DNA of 64,000 nucleotides. Source: Geosiphon pyriformis uo1 (Eukaryota; Fungi; Glomeromycota). Position numbers and translations under genes: made by a program. The notes beneath the pieces are model-generated. The model was not told the DNA's origin. It ran no database searches and saw only the letters and a list, made by a program, of their open reading frames with translations. Position 1 is the first letter of the stretch. Each line of letters opens with the position of its first letter. The DNA lies in NCBI GenBank assembly GCA_016748015.1, contig JAAOMT010000034.1, positions 558,001 to 622,000 on the forward strand. Direction: 5' to 3'. Shown here piece after piece: positions 52,809 through 64,000 of this stretch.

Positions 52809-55800
52809 ATGTCTTCAGCTCGCGACCAACTTTTGCTGGCCCTTGCTCAAGCTACATCACAAGAAGCAGCACAAATAAAAGCGGCTGAAACCATGCTCAA
52901 GCAGTGGGAGACTGTTCCTGATTTCTATATAACCCTACTCGTGAGATTAGCTTGTCAACTACCTTTTACTTCATTTATCCTTCAGTTTTTAATGCTTAGA
53001 AAATAAAACCTAGGACATAGTGTACGATAAGACGGTTGTGCAAAATGTTCGCTTTATGGGTATCATTTATTTTAAAAATGGTCTTGATCGTTATTGGCGG
53101 AAAACAGCCAAAAAGTATGTGGGTTTGAGTGAAGGCTGGTTCATTGTTTGAATAATTTTTTTACCTGTTGAGTTTGATTAAGTTTATTTTATAAATGGGG
53201 TTTGCTTTATATATTTTATGATAATTTGAAAATTTTGGTACTGGTCAATAAAATCAATGCTTCCTTCCCTCTGTCTTGTAGTGCTATAAGATCAGAGGAG
53301 AAGATGCAAATAAAGAGTCGACTTCTCTCTTTTATGGATGAGGAAATTAATCAGGTCCGCGTCCAAAAACCATTATTATAGCAAGTATGGGAGATTGTTA
53401 TATTGAGGTTCGATCAATAGTCTTTATAAACGACAGGTGTGAACAGACTCGGTCCATATAATGGAATCAGAGCAAATTCAACTCGAAAACCTTAACTAAA
53501 ATGCTTGATAATTCTTTTTGGTGGTCTTCTCACCGAAGAATATTCAACTTAATCAATATGGTCGTTTTACAAGAAAAACCAGAATCCTCATATTTTATAT
53601 CTATATTTCAATTGGTATAGCTGGCAGCACAAAATGCATTGCTTGTTTCTAAGATCGCACGATCCGATTACCCGAATGAATGGTGTGTCTCAATTTAGTT
53701 ACCTATTTTTGCTCTTTAATTGCTTGACATTCTCCTTTTGATTCATTTTCCTTCATTATTTCTCTTCGTTTCCCCAAACTTAATTTTACAATTAAGGCCT
53801 GATCTTTTACAAAATCTATTGAGTATAATACATTCAACCTTGGGTTCACAACTGGATGCCCATTCTGCATTAATTCAAAAACGATCATTACTGACATTGC
53901 ACTTGGTCGTGAAAGCTCTTTGCTCTCGAACCTTTGGTCCGGATCGTAGAATGTTAGAGCAGGTACCTATCTTTTCATTAGATTTGGCAAATTGCAAAAA
54001 TTTTCAAAAAACCTTTCATCTTAAATTTTGATAATACAGTTTTATATTTTAAAAGATTGCACCAGAGTTACTTCATAACGTTGGGATTATATATGTGGAG
54101 CATGTCAATCAACTTTTGGGCTTAATCTCTTCAGGCCTTGATAACTTAAAAATGATCAATGAGCTCGAAACATCTTTATTAGCTTTGAAGTGTATAAGAC
54201 GATTAATTGTCCACGGATTTCAGGATATTAGTGAGGCTCATCAAGCAAAGGTAAAATTCATACCCACAGTTTGCTTAAGATCTTGATAATTTTGTGCGAT
54301 TACACAATATCAAATGGTTTAGTCATTTCAATGCTAAAACTTTATCTCATTAAACTATTTTAGATTTTATTTGAGCTCGTATTTGATCATTTACAACAAT
54401 TTTACAATTGGCGTAAGTCACATTTCAGCTTTTGATTTGAATTGAAGTAGTTTTTTATCGAGAAATCTTAATTTCTCTTGAGCTCATCTTGTTTTCATAT
54501 TTACTCTAGGTAAATCAATGGAAGACGGATCATCACCAATAATTTCCTTGATTGAGGCTCACATTTCCCTTATCGGCAAACTCTATATTGATCTGCAAAA
54601 AACTCATCCAATTCCCTTCGTCCTTGTACCGAGATCAATGGACCTTTTAAAGTATTTTTGGCAGATTTTGATTAATGACGGTTCCTCATACGAAGCAGGT
54701 CAGCCATGATATTGCAAGGTTTAATTTCTATTTGATTGGCAATTATACTCAAAGAATCAATTAAATGAAAGATGTTCTCGATCAATCATTATTGTCTGTT
54801 CAGATTTATCAACCAAATCACCTACTTTTGAAAAAATTCTCGTTCAAGGTCTTCTGCTTTTAAAAGGAATAATCAAAAAGTCCGCCTATAATCAGAATCC
54901 ACGGGGTAAGATCAATGCCAACAGAATTTCACGAATTAATTATAATAATTATATCAAATAACAGGACTTGATAAGTCAAAAGTGACTGATGCATATTCAC
55001 GAGTGGACACCGAGTTTCTCACCCCCGATTTTGTGAAGATTTGTGCAGAGACTTTAATATCACGATTTCTAGTCCTAATGAAATCTGATTTAAAAATGTG
55101 GGAAGAGGATCCTGAAGGATGGGTAAATCACTTAGAAGACGATCACTGGGAATATCAGATACGCGTAAGTGGCTTAGACTTAAAATATTTTTGTTTGGAA
55201 TTGTAAAATAATAGTATTTTCTGATTTTTTTTGAAAATCATAGCCTTGCTCAGAAAAATTATTCATGGATCTTTTATCACAATATCGTCAAATTCTATCA
55301 CCCTTATTAATCCAAATGCTTCGGAGTGTTTCATGTAAGTTAATAAAGACTGAATTCAATTTTTTCTTGTTTCTACTTCTCTAATAATTTCGTTGCTTTT
55401 AATTATCCATTTATAGCTATCACTGAAGGAAAAGACTTGCTTCTTAAGGACGCAGTTTACTCCGCGGTTGGATTAGGGGCCCACGCATTATATGATGAAT
55501 TTGAATTCGATGATTTTTTGATACATCACTTGATCATGGAAGCTGGCAACCGTAATCTAAGGTATGCCTCAATTTTAAATTGTAACTTGTATGGTTTAAA
55601 GTAAATAAATGAGGCAATTTAATTTATTCTACTAGCTTCAAGATCATTCGTCGTCGTATCGGCTGGTTAATTGGACAATGGATCAGCGTGAAAATTTCAA
55701 AAGGTGTTCGATCAAAAGTTTATGAAGTCATGTTACATCTGATGGATCCATCTGAAGACTTGGTAGTCAGAATGACGGCTGTTATTAATCTTGGGAATTA

Positions 55801-57847
55801 TATCCTTTATTAGTCGGCGATCATCGGTTTTATATTTCGGAAAAAAGCTCTATGATGATATTAAAGTGCATATTCTATCTTAACTTAATTCATCAAACGT
55901 ATAGACGAATGGGACTTCGAGGCAATTTCATTTGCTCCATACCTTGAAAGTTCAATTACAATATTAACTCGCATGGTAGGGGAAGTTGAACAATTCGATA
56001 GTCGAACCAAGATTTTAAATTGTTTATCCCTTATAGTAGAACGAATGAAAGATCAGGTAATCAATCAAATTAAATTGTCACCATTTATGTACTCATATAC
56101 TTACACAAGGTATATCCTTTTCAACTTTTTTAAGATTGCTCCTTTCGCCCAGCAGATTACAACCTTATTACCTCCCTTATGGCAAGCTTCCCAGGGAGAA
56201 CATTGGTTCAAGCCATCCATCTTGGTGATTTTGACCAAACTAGTTACTGTATGTAAAAATAAAATTTATACTAAAAAATTTTATTGATTAATAATATTAA
56301 CCATTTCTCTTTGTTTTTTCATTGATTTAATTATAGGCATTAAAAGAGCAATCAAGTAATCTCCAAGAATTTATAATACCACTCCTACAGTTCAACCTTA
56401 ACCCCAACACAGTACGTAGAATTTGTTCATTTTGGAGATGCCTTGCCAATATAGATAATATTCATATAAGTTGTGTGTTGTTCAGGAAGAACACGTTTAC
56501 CTTTCGGATGACGCATTAGATTTATGGCAAGCAATACTGCAGAACACTGTAGAATGTACACCTCTTTTGTTCAGCCTTGTTCCCACTGCCATTTCATTAT
56601 TGGAATTTGGTTCAGAGCTGCTTAAGAAGGTTCTTCAAGTCTTGGAAAGTTATATAATACTGGTGCCTGAAATGCTTATGCAGGTATTTCCACGAAAAGG
56701 AGTTGATTTATTGAATTCTAAGACACTGGCTCGTCAAATTTATATGGAAAAACTAAGAAGTTGATTATTCACAAATCTATGTAGGCATACGCCCATTCAA
56801 TATTAGATGTTTTCACGCGTCTTTTGGGTGATTTGAAAGTCGAAGCTTGCACTGCTATAGTTCACGTTATTGACATTATATTGCAAGCATGTTCAATACA
56901 ATTTATAGGGGACTTTTTGATTACGACGGGTCTTTTATGGAAGTTGCTAAATATTTTATTTGAAGCTGAGGTAAATATTATCCAGGATCTTTATTAGTTG
57001 CTGATAAAGAAACTTATTAAATTTTACATCTGGGGAATCTTCAATTACAGAAACACCCTTTTAACATCGTCAGTTATATATCAGTGTTTGCCAGAATTGT
57101 TGTTATTGATCCAACTTACTTTCTGCGGTTTATTGACGTTGCCGTACAAAAATTCAACCTACCTTCTTTGCTTGAGAAAGTTTTAGATATATGGCTAGAA
57201 AGAGTAAGAATTAAGAAAATTAAAATTTTGCCTACATGTTGATAATTTGGTAATAACCTTTTTAACTTTTATAGTTTGATAATATAGGACATCCAAAACA
57301 AAGGAAATTGAATGCGATGGCATTCACTACGCTTATCTCCACTAATAATCCTGTAATCCTCGTTCGCCTACCCCAATTTATTAATATTTTGTGTGATGTG
57401 TTGAGCGAGATCAAGGAGATCGGAGGTGGCGAGTAAGCAGCTATATTATATGCTTTAGTTTCTATTAATTTTCTTCAAAGTTAAGTTAAAATTTGGCGTA
57501 TTTTATTAATATTTCAAAATTAGTGCGTTAGTATATTGGCAAGAAGATCCAAGGGATAATACAGAGTTTGAGAATGACGAGGAAACGGCAGAAACGAAGC
57601 GACGACGATTGGTACCATTCCTTTTTTACTTGAATATTCCATGATATTGCAATACACTGCTGATAAACAAATATATTCATAGTTATTACAACGTGACCCT
57701 GTCCACAATACCAATATGATTCAATATATCCGACAAAAGTTGGCTGAATGTGAATCACTAAATGGTGGTCCAGACGTGTTTAGACAACTATACATTAATG
57801 GAATTGATCCTTCTCTATTGGATCAACTTTACGGATTCCTATCCTAA
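52809..57847 (+). CDS. IPO11: Importin-11 / Kap120-like karyopherin-beta, multi-exon
   Basis: IBN_N start (IKAAETMLKQWE, IYFKNGLDRYWRK), KIARSDYPNEWPDL, DLKMWEEDPEGW, LLKDAVYSAVG, IIRRRIGWLIGQW, WLERFDNIGHPKQRKL, DPVH near the C-terminus. Splice sites checked join in frame. Stop TAA at 57845-57847. Confidence 0.92.
55800..55898 (+). other. U12-type (minor spliceosome) AT-AC intron in IPO11
   Basis: 5' ATATCCTT, branch point TCTTAAC at ~55878-55884, 3' AC. Removal gives in-frame ..NLGN-C-IDEWDF.. joining ORF 55973. Confidence 0.92.
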
Positions 57848-58331
57848 TTATTGGTTTATTCGCATGCCAATAAACTAGAATTCAGATTGATAATCTCAAG
57901 TTATCGGGGATAAGCAATAGAATTGATTTTCCACCTTGGCCGTGAATTAAAGAAAATCTGATACAAAGATGTAAATCACGTGAAATTCATAATCTAGACA
58001 AATTGGTTTCTTAATAAAAAATTGGAAGATTGCATAAATTATATAATTTGAAATTGTAATTATGCATTATATGATTTGCAATTTACTCAAGTTATTTTTT
58101 TTAATTATTAAAAATATTTATGTTTTACATAGCTTTCAATAATCTTATTTATAATAATGAAAATTTTAATTATTTTTATAAAAATCGACTTTTTAAAGAT
58201 TTAATAACATACTTTTATTAAAAAATATTTTATAAATATGAAAATCTAAGGTTTTAGGCTTTTTGGCTAATGATTGCGACATCAAACTTATCGAATTTTT
58301 TCTAGAGCCAAAAATGGAAGAGGGACCTAAT

Positions 58332-61300
58332 TCATCCTAGTTTTCTTTGTTTTTTTCGAGGTTCTCGCAAACTATTTTCACCACCTTGTGATTCCTGAAA
58401 ATGCAAAAAAAATTCTAGTATGCTCGCAAGAACTTCTATGGTAACAGGTTAATAAAAAAAGGGTTTTCACACTATGGCATTTTGTGATTCAAGTCGGGAT
58501 CTGCCAAACGAGCGGAATTTTAGGAAGAAAATTAATAGATTATGAGATATATTACCTTATTATTGTCGTCTTCCATATGCTCCTCTTGATTCGATTGTGA
58601 ATCACCATTGCTTTTAGTTTTTTTTTGATTCTGTCGTGAATTCTAGATCCAAAAAAATTCGAAAACATCAATTTTTATTTTTCTTTCAAAATAAAATTCT
58701 ATTTCAAAAAATACCTTTTTCGAATGTTTTTTTGATTGATCTTTTTCTTCATCATTGAGTTGGATTCTGAAATCACGTGCAGTTGAGCGCTTCACATATT
58801 GCATAAGGTCGGTCTGATTCAAGAAATAAAAAAAGGAATTGAACAACTTTAAATCAAATTTCCACTCGGAGACTAACACTTAAGAAAAATTCACCTTAGA
58901 TCTTTTGGCTAATAACAGCAAATATCGCTCAAATTGTTCCAGCATAAAAATTAACGCTGGAATCATTTTGGATTCCCGTGCAATTCTTGCCTAGGTACGT
59001 GTGGCGAATCAATGTTAGTAAATCCTGTTTATCAGAAGAATTGAGGGCTCATAACAACTCACTAAATTTGTTTTATTTTTTCCTTTTTTGCCAAGGTGTC
59101 TAGTAGCGTCGGTTTGAAGCCCAAAGGACGTGAGAAACTTGTAAAGATTCTCTGAAAGATGTTTCCCAGCTAGCTCGATCACATTAATGAAGCAATCGGT
59201 AATATTCCCTTCCGATAATTTCTAAAAAAATTCAGCCAGATGAGCCAAATAAGCATTAAAAGAAAGAAAAATAAATTTCATACATATTTAGTAAGCGCTT
59301 GAAGAACTTTATATGTTCTTTTCAAACTTTTGATCATGTGTTCAGCGCAGACATCTGATAAAGAGGTTCGCTCGAGATATATCGTTGCGTTTATCATTTT
59401 AATGAGAATATCGGAAATTGCAATTTCCATTTGTGTTCTTTCTGGCACATTTTTGTCCGACCCTTCTTCCACTAGAGATTTTTATGTTTTAAAAGTGAAA
59501 AAAATCAACTCAAATCTCAATAGACACCTACTTGCTGAACTCAAAGAAATTTTCATTCTCTCTATGCACCACTCTAAGTCTTGATATATTTGTTCCAAGA
59601 AACCAATTAGGATATCACAAATGGTTCCCGTGTTTCGAGAATTGACAATCTGAAATTTTGTCGTCTCTTTCTCTGCCTCACTTGGCCTGCGGGATGTCCC
59701 ATTTGCCTCGTCCTCAATACCGCCCATGACGAATAAAAGATCGCAAGCAATCTCTGAGGGTTTATTGAATTTTGCCATGTCCTTTTCGAAATTTAGCAAC
59801 ATGCTTATAATTATTTTTGTAAATCCGTTATCTTCAATACTTTTTTCAAGGCAAACTGTTTGAAGCCACGAAATCAACTGGTCCAACTCAACTTGCGTTG
59901 CCGGCGGATCATTTCGATTGGTGAAATGTTTTGACAAAGATGATATTGTCTGACATAATCCAGTAGCCTCTGGAATTAATGTTGTAGGTTGCTCCAGTAA
60001 TGTCGTTATGAGGCGCTATTTTAAAAACCGATGTCTCAGTGTCTCAGCCATATCAGAACAAATTCAATATAATTACGGAAACTCTGTAATTTACCTCAAA
60101 TTCTCGAATGTATAACCCCAGCCAACCATTAAGATGATCAGGAATGTTCTCAGAGACAAGCTTATCAGAGGGGTACGCCATGGCCAAAAAATTAGTCAGT
60201 TTTTCAGGCCAACAAACGGAGACAACTTCCGTTAATATTTGAAAGCATTCTATTGCAATAGCAAGAATGGATTTTTTCTGTAGGATAACAATTCCATGAG
60301 ATTTTCAGAATTATAATTTCTTTGGATAGATTTTTATCATTCAAAAATTACCTTTTTTTTTTCCACAACGCTAGTCGATTGGTTACGGGTAGCTTCATCA
60401 TTACTGTTAATAAATTCACTCATAAACACTTGCCCTAAGGAGGTACAGGATGAAAATGTAGAGTCGTCTTCGGAATTATAATTTGGCAATATCTTTAATT
60501 TAGAAATACGTTATTGTCAATTAATGATAGAAGCACTTAATAGAACTGGTAGAAATACCTGCGCAATTTTATTATAGGCTGCTGAAGTGATATATTTGAC
60601 GAAATCCGCATCGTTTCTCAAGATCATCTTAGATTCCATAATATCCAAATCTTCACCATTACGGAAAGTAAATTGACATATTTCGGAGATACATCTAAAG
60701 CTTAGAATAGACTTTCCATATGAGCTCGACACATTCTTGCGGGCTAAATAGAATATATCATGAAATTAATGATACTTCTATATTTTAATTGTCTCAGTTA
60801 TTTTCAAGGTTCGAGATTTTAAAACTTTCTAGCATACCTTTGGGGTTATTTGTGAGAAGAGATTGTAGTTGCATGTAGCTTTTGAATAGTTTCAATATCA
60901 TTTTACAGACATTAGAAGAATGTTCCTCGGAAAAGAAAACATGTTCAATCAGGGCCTATCAGTTTAATAGATTTCAAAACAAATTAATTTATTTAGATAA
61001 TAAAAACTCGGCTGTTGCATTTTACCTCATAACATTCCATCAGCAGACTTCCAGTTATATTATTTCGTGTGCCTTCAATAGAATTCGTTTTGAATTCAGC
61101 AGAGGAATCTATCCCAAAATCGGTTATATCCCCTGTGCAAACACGTTCGATGAGCGCAGCCAATTGTTTTTTGAATGAATCAACGTTATTTAATTTCACT
61201 TCATCTAAAAATTTCCATGAATTAATAGAATATAAAAATATATCAAGTCTCTTCAGATTTCAGACAAACCTTCTTCATTGTGCTGCGATATCCTTGTGAC

Positions 61301-64000
61301 TGATTTGCTTATACATTGAATTAGGTGGGCCATTGGTTCAGCTCCAAAGGGTTCACCACCCACATTTTCAATGCATAAATCAAGACGAAGTGTAGCATGA
61401 ACGCTAGTTTCCATTTCAAAGTATTTTAAGAACTAAAAGTAGTTGCGATTCTCTTATTAAAGCTCTGACAGGAAATAACGATTGATGGAGATCAGAAAAC
61501 ATAACCAACCTGAGGATACAACATTTCGAAAACGTCTTGAATAAAATCTTGTCGGATATAAAGGAGATCCATCAATTCCATTAAACCCTGGTAAAGGGCT
61601 TTGCGAATTTCAGCTTGTTGACTAAAAAATCTTCGAAGCATCCCTATAACCCGAAAATATGGCTATTGCTGAATTTGAGATGTATCAAACGTAAAAACTT
61701 GAATTTAAAGAGACCTACCCAAGATTTCAAGAGATAGGGCTCTCGGGTTTTGCTTTATTACGGATTGCGACCCTGAGACTAATGAAGATTGTGCGAAAAT
61801 CGAACTAGAAGTTGGTTCAGAAATTGACAGCCTCAACAACCTTAAAAACCCTTTCAAAGCGATCTGACGGCCATCCAAATCCCTTGAAAATTTTCAATAT
61901 AATTATTAGATCGTGCTAGGGTCGGAAATGCAATTCATAAGTTCAACGAGTGACATACTTTGCAAACATGCTTTTGCGCAAGACTAACATCAAACCATCA
62001 CGGAAATTTTGATTAGAGTAAATAATCGGCTCCACGGCGTTCAATAATCGGTCGGCAGTACCGACCGAGAGATATGACAAATAATCAAGGGTTTCCTTGA
62101 TCTAAGTAAATGACTAATTTTTAAATATAATGATTACTGTCAATATAAGATATTAGAAGCATACCTTCGACAAATAAGGAACTAATGTTTGCGGGGATTC
62201 TTTGACAATAAGATCCAATAAATTTAGGGAACTAATGACACTCCCCGACTTTCCTATTACTCTTGACAATATTTGATCCAGAATTTCGCAACGAACCATA
62301 TCATGGACCTAAGAATACCGAAAAAATAACTATGTAGTTAATTGGCTGATTGCTTCTATTAAAAGAAGTTTATAAATAAAAATAACCTTGAACATCTCCA
62401 ATAAAACGTGAGTTGATAATTCACTGGCCATTTCATGAGGATTCATCCTATACCCTTTTCTAACTTTACTAGTATCTGATAGAATGGGTAAATGTAATGA
62501 TATAATTAATTAAATTTTTTTAATAGGATTCGACAGATTGAGTCGTATTTAGCCACCTGGCACTTTTACAATCGACAATGTGGTTGCGGCATGATCCATT
62601 GTAATTAATGCGAGTTGCACCAAACTTTGCGTTGCTTGATCCCAACCGAAAGATGTCTTTTTAATTAATCGAAGGAAAATCTCTCTTATAGGTATTAAAT
62701 CGATAATAGGGGATATTTCTATAATCAAAATCGGGAAGTTTATTGATAATGAATTAAAATTTCAAGAACTGAAAGCAGTTTGTAACACACGGGATATCCA
62801 GGGAGATTTTTCGAGTTTTTCGGTGTCTCGAAAAACGGCTATTATTGAATTTTTCATAAATTCCAAAGCCTATGAAAAAGAAAACTTTAGTTGTCATTTC
62901 TCAAATCCGATATTTTCTAAATAGATTATTTTGAGATGCCTGATCCTCGAAACGGTGTATTCTTGCAAGGGATAATACGCAGGCGATATTGAAAGGAGTC
63001 AATAGTGCTGTTTTGCCTAATTTCATATATTTTAAAAACTCGCTTCCTAATTCCTATTTAAGGTAAAGTAAAATTTTGAGCGAGAAAAATATTGAAAAGA
63101 TGTATTTTTGTTTCATTTAATCACCTGATCTTGCTTTACGGCAAAACATAAGTGAATAATCACAGTTCCCTCCATGAGAGCAAGTTGAGAAAAAGAAATC
63201 GAAGATTTACATTCTTCAGATTGCTTTTCACTAAGAAATAAGTGAATAGAAAATTTTATTCATGGATAACTAAAGAATACGAAGCATAAAAAGTTTACTC
63301 TGAATGTAATACTTTGCCGCGATTTGATCTTCGAAAATCTCCTCATCCAATTTATTGAAATATTCAGCAATGCCACGGAGAATTAATCGTTTATGACCCT
63401 GAAAGATTGACCTCTGATTAACTATATAAATTTTGAAATCACATAATTATCAAGAATCACCGACCTTGCGTGATAACAAAAGAAGTTGATATATTATAGG
63501 TGGTACTTCATTTATATCCATTGTTTCAACAAGCCTGAAAAGATTTTAACTTCAACTTTCGTCTTAATGAAAGATTTGTTCTGATGGGTTTATTTCATGA
63601 ATTGTTACCTTAAGATTTTATCCACTACAATTGATACCTAAAAGTGTCCAATATTAAGGTAGAGAAAAGAAATTAATAATCCAAAACCTGGCCAAATATT
63701 AGAACAAATTAAAGATAGCATCGAGAGTTTTTACTTGATCATCTGTCATTGGAATATCCTGAAACACGTTAGCGAGACTTAGAACGTTTGAGTTATCCCA
63801 TTTTGAATTGCACAATCGATTCAACAGAAAATCTTTATATTCTGGACCACCAAAGACTTGTGATGATGTTTGATCTCGAATAGTAATGGAATCCGCAGAT
63901 GCGAATATCGACAGCAAGGCCGGAAGAAAGGCGAACAATTTCCCATGTGTGGGTTTTCCTCGACGCAAGGCATCAATGATATAAGTGGTAACTTCGAGAA
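58332..64000 (-). CDS. FANCI: Fanconi anemia group I protein homolog, 5' end outside the window, multi-exon
   Basis: EVPPIIYQLLLLS, EGTVIIHLCFAVKQDQELGSEF, FNIACVLSLARIHRFEDQ, LMLVLRKSMF (ubiquitin-acceptor motif), RESKMIPALIFMLEQFE, LMQYVKRSTARDFRI, and a basic C-terminus PRKKQRKLG*. Last exon junctions uncertain. Confidence 0.92.

Noticed and set aside
61510-61525. GTATCCTC on the minus strand as a U12 GT-AG donor in FANCI
   Set aside because: It is exonic (MLYPQ); the intron starts at the following GTTGG donor.

Overview
AT-rich, intron-dense eukaryotic (fungal) genomic DNA. By inference it is from a Glomeromycotina-type fungus (Geosiphon/AM-fungus-like), given the short introns, a U12 AT-AC intron, FANCI, a class-3 lipase-like gene and dUTPase-bearing Gypsy elements. 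About 45 kb of the 64 kb is a transposon graveyard. It holds three related APE-type LINE copies plus an older RNase H relic, two full-length Ty3/Gypsy elements (families A, B), two half elements (family C), three solo LTRs and an intron-containing hAT transposon that is only readable after undoing C>T/G>A changes. The insertions are nested, with 4-bp TSDs. All TE coding regions are broken mainly by transitions on both strands (RIP-like or methylation-deamination erosion), while host genes keep their CpGs. Host genes: a frameshifted class-3 lipase-like gene lacking the catalytic Ser (+), a RAD5/RAD16-like SNF2 helicase with RING finger (-), importin-11/Kap120 (+, with an AT-AC minor intron) and the 3' part of FANCI (-). 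Most notable: (i) repeat-restricted hypermutation; (ii) a conserved, non-Env-like accessory ORF between integrase and the 3' LTR; (iii) a Cys-rich domain plus dUTPase inserted between protease and RT; (iv) an AUGA stop/start overlap joining the LINE ORFs. All calls are by hand from sequence and motif knowledge; no database searches were run.
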